From the human T2T-CHM13v2.0 reference genome, Homo sapiens: 64,000 bases of DNA. The position numbers were made by a program, and so were the translations under genes. This document shows positions 13,764 through 30,230 of this stretch, piece after piece. How positions within the stretch are numbered: the stretch's first letter is position 1; every line of letters begins with the position of its first letter. The notes beneath the pieces are model-generated. The model saw only the letters and a program-made list of their open reading frames with translations. It did no database searches and was not told where the DNA came from. Location of the stretch: the NCBI RefSeq assembly GCF_009914755.1, contig NC_060928.1. One strand, 5' to 3'.

Positions 13764-15703
13764 TTATTCTTTTTTTTTTTTTTTTTTTTTTAAAGATTTT
13801 GTTGTTAAATTGATGATTAAAATTGTATCTTTGGTACATCACTATCTCTGTCTAAGCACAATAACTTCTAGTTGTATTACGCTTTTTCAGTTTACAAAGA
13901 ACTTTTACATACATTATCTCAATTCTCCTGACAATCCCGGTGTGAGGCATGTAGGAAAGTTATTTTTAGTCCACAGTATTAATAGTAGCAACACCCACAG
14001 CCACCCTTTCTTTTTCTCCAATTTTGGGATTCCTACTATGTGCCCACCATTATACATTAAATAGGTGATCTTGTATCCTCATGGTAGAATATTATGACTC
14101 ACACATTAAGGATGAAGGATATTAAGACAGAGATACTTCAACCAAGAAATAGCTAGCAATGGTGGAAACTCCATTTGGACATTAGTTTAACTACAAGTCC
14201 AAACTCTCATAATCACCTTTTTTCCTGAGAAGAGCAGGAAGCAATTTTAAACCAGAAAGCATCTTCAATATGTAGATTATTTTCACCTCACAAAATTTCA
14301 TACTCATTGTATGACAGTCAATGTTTTTCAGAGTTACTCTGTGTGAACTATGATTTTGATAAACTACAGTATTTGACTTTTTCCGCTTCTGGTTGGGAAC
14401 TTATCAGTGTTGTAAAAAGTGTCTTCATTTGTAAAGTAAGTGGGTTCAGCAGATGATCCCTAATACCCCTTTCCTATTTGATATTCCTTTTAATATTTTA
14501 TAATTTTCTGAAACATGAGTTTTCTTATCACTATCTGCAGGGCTACAGATTAATTCTTTTTGACCAGCAGATGGGGCTTTTGATACCTGAATAGTACGTA
14601 AGTTTACTTGCTGGCTCAGTCATCATTTATTAGTCGTAGGAAGCCTTTATTGAGCGCCTACCATAATGTGCCAGGCATTGGCCTAAGCATAATCCTGCTG
14701 CTGCTTTAGATTTACATAATAATGTTCTTAGGCCTATCTCAAATTATTTTTACATGTGGTAAAGTTTTCAAAGGACCACTTACCATTTTATTAAGAAGAA
14801 ACTTCTCCCTGTAGAAGACTGGATTAGGTGATTTCTGAGATGTTTCCCAGTGCTAGCTGCCATGATTTGAGGCCTGGGGTTAAGTGACCTTAGCAGTCCA
14901 GGACTCTTTTGTGAAGAAGCTGATATGTCTCATTTTCTGTGGTCTCCAAATACTTCCCAGGAGATCAGTAGCTGGAAAATGTATTTTTAAAAGCAATTGT
15001 GATCATAAATAGGGTACAGAAGTCATGAGAAGTTTGATAACATTTTCAAATTATACATAAATTTTTAATTATTAATATATTTTATCTATAAATAGGTAAC
15101 ATCTTTTTACCCTAGGTACCAATTAAGTGATGCTTCAAAACAGGGAGTAGAAAAATCCAGATGTTTCTGAAATTTTTTTTCTCTTTGCCTCTCTCAAAAC
15201 TCTCTTATAGTTGTCCAGTATTGGTTATTATTTTATAAAAGGCCACACTCAATTGTAGAGTAGTAGTTAGGTGTATTTAACATTTCTAAGTTATAGATGT
15301 CCCAAGACAGGGGCTGAACTTAAGCTGGCAATACCACTTAAAACTGCTCGAACAATCAAATAAGATTCATCAAACACTTAGATAACCTCTCAGAGAGAAG
15401 CCAGGACAAATTACTAGCTTTTCCACTTAGTAAACCTGGACATGTGTCCCTTTGGAAAAGGCATATTCCCCCTTGGTGTACATGCTTTTTCATGGAGGTA
15501 CCCAGAGGATGAGTCAACTGTGCAGGTAATCACAGCACGCTCATCATCTGTCTGGACCATGTGGTTTGGTGTCCCATAGCCTGTGTGCCACACCTGGTCA
15601 GCATTTTCAGAAGTGCAGACAAGTGGCCCAGAAAAGGAATCTGTATCTCTGGGTCTTTCAGGTCTCGCATGTCGAGGCAGATCTATTTTTTCTTTTCTCT
15701 TCC

Positions 15704-16001
15704 CTTTTTTTTTTTTTTTTTTGAGATGGAGTCTCATTCATTGCCTAGGCTGAGTGCAGTGGCGCGATCTCGGCTCACTGCAACCTCTGCCTCCCTGGTT
15801 CAAGCAATTCTCTGCCTCAGCCTCCCGAGTAGCTGGGACTACAGGCGCCTGCCACCACACCTGGCTAATTTTTGTATTTTTAGTAGAGACATGGTTTCAC
15901 CATGTTGGCCAGGCTGGTCTCGCACTACTGACCTCAGGTGATCCGCCTGCCTCAGCCTCCCAAAGTCCTGGGATTACAGGCGTGAGCCACCGTGCCTGGC
16001 C
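15704..16001 (-). mobile_element. Alu (AluS-like)
   Basis: Poly-T plus antisense Alu body. Confidence 0.95.
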
Positions 16002-16311
16002 TACTTTTTCCTTTTCTACCCACCCCACCCCAACCAACCTGTCTCAGTGAAAACCTGGTTGTTACTAAAGTGAAACTTTAATAAGGATATTGCCTAGGGA
16101 AGATTAGTTGTTTTCCTTGTCATTCAAGTTCATTCTGGACCTCTTCCTCTGAGCTGTTAATCAGTGTTGCTAAACAGACAGGGAAAGACAAGGGAGAGAA
16201 AAATGCTGATTCATTCTTCAGAACTTTTAACCCTTTTAACCCCTAATTCTTCTCCTTGAGAAGCTATTCTTTGATTGTGAAAAGCTTTGTTGTTCAAGGA
16301 AATATGGGTAA

Positions 16312-16560
16312 TAAAAATAGCTAACATTTATTAAGAGCATAACATTTATTAAGAGAATACTGTATGCCAGATATTGTTCCAAGCACTTTTCATATTAACT
16401 CACTGCATCCTCATAAAATGCTATGAGATAGTACAACTAAGGCCATTTCATAGATGAGAAAACTGAGGTTCAGAGAGATTAAGTCACTTGCCAAAGATTG
16501 CACAGGTCCTAGGTGGCAAGCCTGCAGTAGAGATCCATAGCCTCTGCTCCTAACCACAAC
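16312..16560 (-). mobile_element. MIR
   Basis: CATTTCATAGATGAGAAAACTGAGGTTCAGAGAGATTAAGTCACTTGCC core. Confidence 0.9.
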
Positions 16561-16814
16561 GGGGTCTTCTAGGAACGTGTCCTTATTTGGCCTCAAAGGA
16601 ATAATAATCTTTTAATATTTTTTAAAAAAGAGTTGACTAGATTGGAAAGTGCCTAAGTTCAGGGTCTGATTCTATTTCTTAGTTACTTTACAAAATTTTC
16701 TGCACCATACCTCTAGCTATATATTCATACCCACTTGTCGTAGCACTTAGAAGTTTTATCAGTTTAGTCTCACTTGCCTTTGCATCTGAGCAATATGCAC
16801 AATGGTTAGTATCT

Positions 16815-17112
16815 ATTATTATTATTATTATTATTAAGACGGAGTCTCACTCTGTCACCCAGGCTGGAGTACAGTGGTGCAATCCCTGCTCATTGCAACC
16901 TCCTCCTCCCAGGTTCAAGTGATTCTCATGCCTCAGCCTCCTGAGTAGCTGGGACTACAGGCACGCACCGCCATGCCCAGCTAATTTTTGTATTTTTAGT
17001 AGAGATGGGGTTTCACCACATTGGCCAGGCTGATCTGGAACTCCTGACCTCAAGTGATCGCCCACCTCAGCCTCCCAAAGTGCTGGGATTACAGGTGTGA
17101 GCCACCATGGCC
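16815..17112 (-). mobile_element. Alu (AluS-like) with (ATT)n tail
   Basis: Antisense Alu body. Confidence 0.95.
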
Positions 17113-17959
17113 AAAAAATATATAATATTATATATTACATATATCTTATATCTATCTTGACATATGTTTGGGGACTTATATAGAAATAACTTTTGGAGAA
17201 TGCTTTAAAGTTTACAAAGGGTATGTTCATTGCTTTACCTATGACTAATTATAGATATTTAACATGGCCTCATTTATTTGAAATTTAGAAAAGTATTTTT
17301 TCATATAACTTCCCTTTGGAAGCATGTTAGTTTAATTCTACCCAAACTGTATGTGCAAGATTATATGTACATATGTTTCTTTTGATAATGCAGCTTTTAT
17401 ATTTCATTTTACTAAATTCAGGCATGAGAAGAGGATAAATCAAGGAAATTTACTCATATAGGTGGTTCATGGCTTCAGTAATGAGGTAAGCTATACTATA
17501 AACTTAGAAAAATGAGAAACGAGAACCCCTTTATGAAGCTGGTAAAATGTTCCTAAAATAGAGGTGATTCGCTATCTTGGATTATAAGCTGAGAAATCAT
17601 AATAATGTGGAACTGAAAATTTGGGGAACACCCAACTCCAATCAAGGTGAGCTACGTTTGATCCCCGGGATCTGTTCACTTGTGCTGTGGTGGGTCTGCA
17701 GATAGACAGGAGATAGAAGCAGGAGGATCAGGCCAGACCATAAAAAGAAAATCCCCCAAACCAAGGTTTCTCCTGCACTGTCCAGATTAGAAGGAGCCTT
17801 TGCAAGATTATTTCAGTAAAGGAAAGAAGTGCCTCAAACTCTTCTTTAAGAGACGTTTTAGGTTCACTCATTTCCCACTGTTTTGGCTCTACTCACCAAA
17901 GCCACTTCCTGATTTGATTGGCTAAAGTTTTATTCCTCTGATTAAAATCTTTCAGATAA

Positions 17960-18396
17960 AATCTTCATGATAAAAGCCCAACTCCTAATAGTGGCCCCAA
18001 AGGCCCTGTACATCGCCTCTTCCCCCTCTCCATCCTTTGATCTCATCTCCTAGTCCTCCAGTTCATTCTGTCCATACTGCCTTCCTTACTGTTCCTCAAA
18101 CACACCAATCACACCCTGCCTCATGGCCTTTCCTCTCCCTCTACCCAGATGGCTCATTCCCTCATTTCCTTCAAGTCTTTGTTCAAAGGTCATTTCTCAA
18201 TGAAGCTTTCCTTCTCTGTTTAAAAATTACAGCTTCTACCTTTCTAATTTCTTTTCCATAGCACTCAGTGCTGTTTATCATACTATATAATTGCCTTGTT
18301 CATTTTATTTATCTAGATTAGAATATAAGCTACATGAAGGCAAGACATAGATCAGTGCCTGGACATAATACATGCTCAATAAATATTCAATGAATT
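17960..18396 (+). mobile_element. L2 3' portion
   Basis: TAGAATATAAGCTACATGAAGGCAAG...CAGTGCCTGGACATAATACATGCTCAATAAATATT. Confidence 0.85.
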
Positions 18397-18549
18397 GCTC
18401 AATGTAACCCTTCAGGAAAATATAAGAATTGGCTGATTTGCTATAAGCATCTAAGCATCTCAGGACAATTGGAGTTAATTTTTTCTGCCAAATATCTTCC
18501 CTGACAACTTTCTTACTCATTGTCTATTCCTCTTTATAACTTGAACTAA

Positions 18550-18841
<292 letters not shown>

Positions 18842-19751
18842 AACTTGAACTAATCTTAACTCTTTATATCCCTAACTTCATCTCTACACATTAAGTCCCC
18901 TGATTTTTTTGTAGTCTCTCTCTATGTATATTTTCAGCTTCAGCTTCATTTGCAGCAGACTCATTCTACTGATAATTATAATTCGTCTAGTTTATCGTTC
19001 TGAGCCAGGCCTCATGCTTTGGTTATCCACACATTGGAAGCCCACTTCTGATCCAGGCAGTTATACCTAGAGGTGTGTTGTCACAAGGCCACCTCAGACA
19101 GGGCTTTGGTTGTGACAAACATCATGTTAGACACTCACGTAAGAAATTGGGATTGGAATTTACAAATTAAATCTCATAAATATGGTCATGTTCTTGAGAC
19201 TGAATAATTCAAAGTGCATGCAAAACTGCATTTCTGATCGTGTAAAGCTGAGGAACTTCTAGAACCATAGAGGCAATTTTATCAGTTGGAGCCCCTGAGG
19301 CCCGCCTGACAATCTGTCAGTAAAACTCCAAAACTTCATGTTAGCTGTCTCTGTTCAGCCATCTTTGGGGCATCTTTGGCTAATTCACTAATCAATGTAA
19401 GAAGTAATCAGGTTTGAGTCATTTTCAGACATGAGCTGCCACATTTGACATATAGTTGATTAATGAATACTTAACAAATAATTGACAATAGAGGTCAGGA
19501 CTGTACATACATTCAAGCTACATAAAAACCAGTCACATAGCCCACACCTTGTTAGGAAACGACTTCTTCATCTAAAATGTTTAGATCATGTGAGATGTTA
19601 CAAGTAAAATAAATTCTCAACTAATTTGTCTGCCATCTATGCCACTTGAGCCAATGAACATTTAGTAAATTGCTAGAGCTGCTGACTTGTGTTACAGTTC
19701 GTGCTTTGGTGTATTTTATAATCTGGTTATGTTTTTCCAAAGCTAATGCAG

Positions 19752-20208
19752 TGTCAGGATCTGGAATTTTATTCCGTTTGCAAGCTAGTAAGCTAGCCTA
19801 TTACTATTTCATGGATACTGGCAGAAGACATGAGACTTCTGGATCAGAGAGAAAGGACTTTATTACTCACAATGGAGCAAGTAAAATGAGTTTTATGTTG
19901 GCTTTGGTTTTCCAACACACTTCAAGTCCCACAGGGGCAATGCAGAAAGGCCTATGTTGATGTTTACACATAGCTGGTTCGTGTGGCAGCCAGGGAGCAC
20001 TAAGCTTAGGGAATATGCTGCTTTTATAGTAAGCAAACCTGCTGTCTGTCTGGAGGGAGACATTATCTTATTCCTCAAGGTTGCTTGCTGCAAGCATAAT
20101 CCTGAGCAATGGTCTGGGTAAAGATCAGTCACGGCCTTGCATGCTTTACATACCCAGCAAGAAGTTGTGAGGATGCTCAGGGCCCATGGTGGATTGCCTT
20201 TCTCAACG
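19752..20208 (-). mobile_element. LTR40-family ERVL solo LTR
   Basis: TTTCATGGATACTGGCAGAAGACATGAGACTTCTGGATCAGAGAGAAAGGACTTTATTACTCAC is the reverse complement of recalled LTR40 3' end. Confidence 0.75.
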
Positions 20209-20983
20209 TATACTTAGTTGGTAAAGCATTTCAAGGTTGGCATAATTAAGTGGATCACTTTTAATGCTATGTATTACTTTACTGACATTGTGCACACAGT
20301 TTCATTATATACTTTATCGTTTAGTATTATTTTTTGATATGTGAAATGAATTAGTTCAGCTTCTTAGATAGTGCCATGTCTTTTGCCATTTCATTTACTG
20401 AAATGAGTTCAGATTTATATCAAATGGCTGTACCTACCTATATGTTTATTTTTTATTTTCTTGCTATATTCATTGCCATGCAAACAGTTTTAAAAATCCA
20501 GGTAATGGCATTAGCCTTTAGTAACAGTCAGTAATATATAGTTATGAAGCATCACAGTACATCTGTTTGAAGCCTTATAAAAGTTGTTGAGTTTCTGCAA
20601 ATAACCGAACTTTGTCCCAACATTTTAAACTCTTTTTTAGTCTCAGGTAGTTTATGTAATTCTTATAAAATCTCTATCTGAGACTATCCCTACAACACTT
20701 ACTATGTCCGTCATTACAACCCCCAGCTTTTTTCCTAGCCAAGTATTTGTATCTTATTTAAAATATTATACTTGAGTGTAGCTATATCCTGGTCAAGAAG
20801 AAAATTAATTTCTCTACTTTTCCTCCATATCCCACAACATGCAAGATGTCAGATGTTTATTCTATATGACTAGTATCATGGCCACTGCAAGTTAGGTAGG
20901 AATAGCATTGCAGCTCTTAATGAAAGAGCTGTTTCAATTAGCACAGCCTAACCGGGCAACTGGAACTTGAGCCCCTTGCATTT

Positions 20984-21027
<44 letters not shown>
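20984..21027. repeat. (CT)n microsatellite
   Basis: Directly visible. Confidence 0.95.
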
Positions 21028-21199
21028 AGGGTACTGACACTTACTTTGGATTTCAGTTTGTTGAGTGAGTTCGTGCTTGCTGTCTTTCCTTTATGAGGCT
21101 GTTAAGCTCCTTGAGGACAGAACCTGGTTTTGCACAACCCATTGTACAGAGCAGAGTGTGCACATTGTAGGGGTTAAGTAAGTCTTGTTTAAAGGTTGT

Positions 21200-21425
21200 T
21201 TGTATTATTTGCTTATCTTTTTACTTTTATTGTGGACATTTTAAACATAAGTAAAAGCAAAGTTAATAGTACTAATAAACCTCTCCTTACCCATTGCCTA
21301 ACTTCTCCTGTTATCAACGTATGGCCAGTCTTGTTTAATCAATGTATACCCTCATTCCTCCGCTCCCAACCCAGGTTGATTTGAAGTAAATCCCAGATGA
21401 TAAGATATGTATTTATCTGTAAAGA
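21200..21425 (-). mobile_element. L1MC-type 3' end fragment
   Basis: TTTTATTGTGGACATTTTAAACATA...GAAGTAAATCCCAGA resembles antisense L1MC5. Confidence 0.6.
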
Positions 21426-22264
21426 AATATATATTTTTGAATAATTATATTTCTTAGAATATAGCTATTAGGCCAAAATTACAGTATTCCATAAATACCA
21501 GTCACGTTTGATAAATTGATATGAAAGGGAAGTCATTTAAGTCTAGCTCAAATACTATAATTCTGATCCCATTTAAATTATATTATTATTCTTCTCTTGA
21601 CATGTTTACTTGTGAGAAAAAAGTATTACTACCCAACTTTAGCCAGCCACTTCTGTTTTTGAAGGTTTTTTGTTGCCTTAGACATAGCTGAAAATTTTTC
21701 CTCTGTGACAATCTTGATGTGACAGTTTCAACAGGCTGTAAATGAAGTGACCCTGACACTCCTCTCTCAGGACACATCAATGTGGGACATGTTCTTTATT
21801 GTTTGTGAAGAACTGATGGTTCATCTTTTGGAAAAACACAAACCAGCTGTCAAAAGGCCTTTATTTGTGCAATAGTTCAGATTACAGCACCATTGGGCAA
21901 CCCCTGTGAAGGATCATCCACTTTAACTTTCTGAGATGCTGGTATTTCATCACTTTTGCTGAGGTTCCAGGTGGTTTGGTTCTCTGGAACTGACAATGGC
22001 CCCTTACCAGGTATGTTTTTGGATATAGTGATTGCCATGCTGCTTCCTTTTGTAGTGGGGGGGGCGGGTAAAAATTGTGCTGCTGGTGATCATAAATAGC
22101 ATTAGTTCATAAAATAACAATTGTTTCTGTTTTTTTGAACTAGGTCTGCTTCTGATTCGAATAAGCAGAGTGAAAGAAAAGCTTTCTTCTCAGTGCACCT
22201 GGGCAGTCCCATATGCCAAGAGGCCATGGAGGACAACGGTGAAGCATGGGGATTCCAGGGTCAA

Positions 22265-22520
22265 TCTGGGTTTTAATTTGCCCTCCATCACCTATTTGCT
22301 ATGTGAATTGGGCTATTTGCTTGACTAGTCAGTGCTAAATTTCCTTTCCTGAAATAAGGGGTAATCATAATACCTGGATCATAGGTCATTGGTGGGTTAA
22401 ATTTATTTATTCAACAAACATTTAAAGGATGCTGCTAATTGTCAAGTATACTTGCAGGCCCTGGCAATATAACAGTGAGCAACCATAGGTTCTTAAACTC
22501 TTGGAGATTACATTCAAGAT
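22265..22520. mobile_element. MIR (+) abutting L2 3' end (-)
   Basis: TTTGCTATGTGAATTGGG...TTTCCTTTCCTGAAATAAGGGGTAATCATAATACC; ATTTATTCAACAAACATTT. Confidence 0.65.
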
Positions 22521-22557
<37 letters not shown>

Positions 22558-23256
22558 ATACATATGTATATATATACATATACACATATGTGTGTGTATA
22601 TATGTATATATGTATGTATATACACACACACATATATATGTGTATATATATAAAATATATATACACATATATATGTGTATATAAAATATATATATACACA
22701 CATCTAGATGTGTGTATAAAATATATACACACATCTATATATATACACATATATATACACATATATATAAAATATATATACACACATATATGTGTGTATA
22801 TAAAATATATATACACACATATATGTGTGTATATAAAATATATATACACACATATATGTGTGTATATAAAATATATATACACACATATATGTGTGTATAT
22901 AAAATATATATACACATATATATGTGTGTATATAAAATATATATACACACATATATATGTGTATAAAATATATATACACACATATATATGTGTATATATA
23001 AAATATATATACATATATATCATCATGTCCTTACCTTCATTCATTTTCCTTCATAACACTTGTCTCCCTGACATTATATATTTATTTTCACCAATATATA
23101 TATGCACATATATATATACACACACACACATATTTTATATATAAATGAATCAGGGTATACAATTCACATATATATGCACAATATATACATATATACACAT
23201 ATATTATATATAAAGGAGTTATATATATAAAGGGGTTTTATATATAAAGGAGTTAA
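22521..23256. repeat. TA/CA/TG low-complexity tract containing a 33-bp palindromic minisatellite (~22650-23010)
   Basis: Unit AAAATATATATACACACATATATGTGTGTATAT; 11-aa periodicity in overlapping ORFs. Confidence 0.95.
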
Positions 23257-25089
23257 CATAGGTAAAGCTGTCAGCAGACATGAGGTGTTACTATTGCTCT
23301 CCCTCGTCTGGATCCAAAGGAGTAGCCAGACCATGGCTTAGCTAGGGAGGAGCAGACCTTGTTTAAACATTTGACATGCGTAATTGTATGCTTTAGAGGA
23401 AGGGAATGAACATTCGTATTGCAGTGTGTGGCCTTGTGTGCAGCACTTTAAGTCCTTCAAACAGTACTGTAAGTTGGGTATTTTAAGCCCAAGTTTTAAG
23501 AAGATGAAACTGAAAAAGATAAGGAATTTTGCCTACTTCATGCATGTATATGGCTCTTATACTTTCCTCTCTACATGACATTTCTCACAGATGCTGTTTT
23601 TCAGGGAAGAGTTCAAAGAAACCACAGAGTTTGAAACTGTGTGTATGGAATAGGCCATTTGGGGTAGACCTGCCATTTGGCCTGCATTTACCCTGCCCCC
23701 TTCTGAGATGATTGATTACAGGTAGTTCTTTATGTCCAGATCTCCATGTGCTGCAGCTTGGTGGCCTTGATCTCACCCTATCCACAGATGCTCCCTGAGG
23801 CCAAGGCAGTGAGAGAGAGACCAACTAGTGGCCTATACCAAGACTAACAGAAATGAAATGCATTAAACTGTGAAAAATGATTTAATCATATATTTTTAAA
23901 TGGTAACTGGTGGCAGCAGAAGAGGTAGACCAAGCAATAATAAAGGATGAAAAAGTAGGCAGAGGGGAGGGGAATAGGGGAGGCAACAGAGCAGAGATGA
24001 CTGGATGGCCCAGACTCAGACTGGTGGACTACCAGTCTACCATGGTATCCTGAGTGACTGCACAGGCCAATGATTTGACTGCTAAGAGGGCTTCCTGTTC
24101 TTATTTCCCTTTGGTACTTTAAATAAGTCCTCATTAACTGAGGCAACTTGAGCATGGAAACTGAAAGAGCCAAACATTCACATTAGATGATGCTGGGCTA
24201 CATACATTTACTTTACAGAGCTACAGACAGGTAGGGAAGATAAGTACTGAGCAGGGAACATGTCATTCCTTTTCTTGTTCTATATCTAGGCAAGCTCTGG
24301 AGAATCTGAGTCAGTGAGGAACACCCTGGAGAATCTGAAAAAGTCTGCAATGCTGAGATGTGATAGGCTTTAACACCCGACAAAGACCTAGGTATGAAGT
24401 TTGACTCATAGACCTTCAAGACACACTGGAACCTTTTTAAAAGCAAAGCTTGGGGCGACTCAAGGACTGTGTTAAGATGTGGGAAAGTGGTTAGGTCAGA
24501 CTGCTGACACTGGCTTCTCCTGGCTACATAGACCTCTGGCAATCAAATTGCCAAGACGGGAGAGGGCAGTAGAACAGAGCAATGTTGCCTATTTCAAGTC
24601 TGGAGGGAAGTAAAACAGGCTTGATGCTGGACATGTGTTGCATGAATTGATACATCTTCAGATTAGGTTCTTTTGAGAGATGAGGTGACCTAAATCACCA
24701 TGCACACTTGGGGAGGCTGTCACCTTCTCAGGGCCTTGGCTTTCTCCGCAGTGAAGAGGGTCAAGTTTGGGCAAAGTTGGTCTCCAAACTCACAGCTGTA
24801 ATAGTCGGTGAGTTCACAGTGAAAAATGTACCAAGTAGGCACCTTGGATTACTTTATCCAGGCTGATGATCTCCAGAGAGGAGAATTCCTAGGGATGGAT
24901 CAAATGCTATGAATATGAAATATATACAATTTAGTAAAAATTCAAGTTATTTTAAACTGGAGCTCTGGAACACTGTTCAACCTCAAGGCAAGCAGAAAGT
25001 GACTCATGTGGTATTGTGCAAAGCTGGAGACATTGAGGGTGGGTTGAATCTTGTGCAGTTATTTTGACTACAATGCACTTTACCTTTTC

Positions 25090-25330
25090 AGAAAGCATCT
25101 TGCCATCCTTCAAAACTCACTTCTGCAGACTTAATTGCTCTCTGCTCAGTGTTTCCATAACGCTTTGTTTATCACTGAGCTTCTAACGTACCGAGTCCGT
25201 CTACAAGTCTCCCTCGTCTTCTAGACTTTGATCTCCTCAAAGGCAAGAACTGGGCCTTATTTATTTTTGCATCCATTATACAATGCCTGTAACCTGATAG
25301 CTCTATAAGTGTTTGTTGACTGATGAATGA
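25090..25330 (+). mobile_element. L2 3' end
   Basis: CTAGACTTTGATCTCCTCAAAGGCAAGAAC...GTTTGTTGACTGATGAATGA. Confidence 0.75.
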
Positions 25331-25794
25331 TATCTTACTTAGGCAAACTAGAGAAGCAGAAAATTATAATGCAGCCAGTTCCCTAAGAGTTAAATTAAGT
25401 CTGAATAGAAATCATCACCGGTTGGATTTGGGAACAAGACTAAGAAGCAAAAGCTAATAAGATTGAGACCTGATAACATAGTTGAATATTGAAAAAGGAC
25501 AAAATCCTATTTGCCTCTGTCGATTAGTTAACAGTGATGAGATTGGCAAACTCCTGGGAAAGAGCCAGTATTCTCTGGGCACATACCAAGCTACTGCAGG
25601 GAAGCATGTCGCCAGAAAGTGATGCTGTGGAATTGGGGTGAAGGTCATTCAGCCAGGTGCTTCAGTAACACCAGAGCCTACAGGGCACATAGATGGCCTA
25701 ATCCATCTATGGATTAGGATAATCCAAATATGGATTATCAATATTTGGATTTTATCTTCTTAACAATATGCTAGATTTAATAAATGGTTTTATT

Positions 25795-27590
<1,796 letters not shown>

Positions 27591-28591
27591 AAGGAGGGAA
27601 TCTCTACATGATAAGAAGTTTACAGAATGGAACACATTGTCAATGGAGAGATGCATGCAGAGATAGGACAACAACTGTTGGGATGTCTTGGGGGGAATTC
27701 AGGTATTGGATGGAGGGTTTAGTGAGAGTTAAGTGTTCCTTTCTCAAATCTTTAATATTTATTCTTTGAGAAAATTTTATCTGGAAAATGTTTTTAGTAT
27801 TATATGTAAAATCACTGATGTGGTACACAAGTATTTACACACACATAAATGTATATAAATATTTGTATTTATATATTCTGATTTATATAATACTTTCAGA
27901 ATTCCATCTCATCAAAATATTAACAAAATGCTTAACAAAACTCTAAAGATGAAAGAAGCTGAGTTTACCAAATATGAAAAATCAAAAGTAAGAACTCTTA
28001 TCTAATAGTTTGAGGGGAATGTCTGCTATTTCATAAGCACGGAAAGCCTCAATAATCTTGCAATAATAAAATTCATACACTCTCGGCACTCAAAAAACTG
28101 CTGGGAAATTGCCTCATTAACCTTTATAACACCCTTGTGAGGTCGGCAGGAATTTGACGAGATTTCCATTCTCCCTAGTGGGGAAATGGAGACAGGGAGA
28201 TTTGAAGAAAACTGTAGACATAGCTCAAATATAAGTAAATCTTGTGTTGAATCCCGTGAGGGTCATCAGTTTGGAGGTATATGAATGAATTAAAGTCTAT
28301 CAATCACCTTGAGGTGAACCAGCCATTTTTAACCTGTATCATAGATTTTAAGAACAAAAAGTCATGTTAGAAGAAATGATGAGAGGAAAGAGAAAAAAAA
28401 ATCTAGCGAGCGCTTTCTATTTGAACTCTTTAAACTGTCTCCAATCATAGGTGTCAGAGAAGTAAGGACTCATTCCTGTGCAGAGGGCAAGAAGTTTGAG
28501 AAAAAAATGAATACTCTAAACAAAAACAGGAATTCTAAAGCTGCTAAAATTAAATAAAGGAATAAAAATGAGGCCAAACAGGAGAATCTTA

Positions 28592-29280
<689 letters not shown>

Positions 29281-30059
29281 TTACATGGAGCAACCTGATA
29301 ATCCAGTCCAATCATTTATTATACACCTGCAATGAGGAGCAGCTACACAATAGGTGCATAATAAATATCTGTTGAATCAACAAACAAATGAACCCATAAA
29401 TAAATGAACTGGCAGGGTTCAATGCCAGGGTGAGACCCAGGCAATGCTCAAAGTACCCAAGGACCTAAGAGAGGTGTCCTGCCCTCTCTTTCATCATCTT
29501 CTCTTCCTTTGGGACTCCCCTTACCCCACATCCTTACTGCTTGCCTCCGGTACCCAACACTTTGGGTGCTTCCCCTCACCATTGAAACCATCTTTTCCTC
29601 AAAGTTTAAGTTCTGTGATCCACCAACACCCTCAGCCCTCTTTCCACCCTCTCTTTAGCCAAAGAATCAATACTATTAATGATTTACATACCAGAAAAAA
29701 TTCTCACTGGGCAGGGATTACAGGTGAAAATGAACTCCCCAGAAACATGTCTTCAGCCATGTCTTTCCAGGATCCTCCTTCGATGGTGTTAAACCCACTA
29801 GGTCCTCACTTTTACACCTTTGAATAAGGAAAGTTTTTCATGAATATCTTTATTTTTCGACTTTCATAACCTTCCCCAATTCATGAATATCTCATATACA
29901 GAAAATCTGGAAGGCAAGTGTGAAAACTCCAAGCTTCTATAAGTAGGAAACTTGTCAAGATGACAGCTACAAAATTAATATGCACAGATATAGGTAAATA
30001 TAGACGGAGATCCTTGCTACCCTTTTTTGCACACCTATGAAAATAATAGCAAAGATTTG

Positions 30060-30230
30060 TGAATTGCTTATTATGGTCCAGTAATTCTGCTAAGCACTTT
30101 GTATGTATTTTGTCATTTAATGACCCCAGTGACACCGAGGGACAAGAAAACTGAGGCTCAAGGTATTACCTTGACTAACCCAATAAATAAGTGGAGAAAT
30201 CAGGATTCCAATTCTCCCTAACCCCAAAAC
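30060..30230 (-). mobile_element. MIR
   Basis: TGCTAAGCACTTTGTATGTATTTTGTCATTTAAT...GAAAACTGAGGCTCA. Confidence 0.75.

Noticed and set aside
17880-17930. ETS (ACTTCCTG) next to an inverted CCAAT box (TGATTGGCT) as a promoter
   Set aside because: No CpG island or other support; two short motifs are expected by chance in 64 kb.
22650-23010. CRISPR-like array of palindromic ~30-bp repeats
   Set aside because: No unique spacers, no cas genes, primate context; it is a minisatellite.
22422-23144. Long overlapping ORFs (up to 202 aa) rich in Y/I/C/V/H/T
   Set aside because: Translations of a stop-poor TA/CA/TG repeat, open on both strands; not genes.
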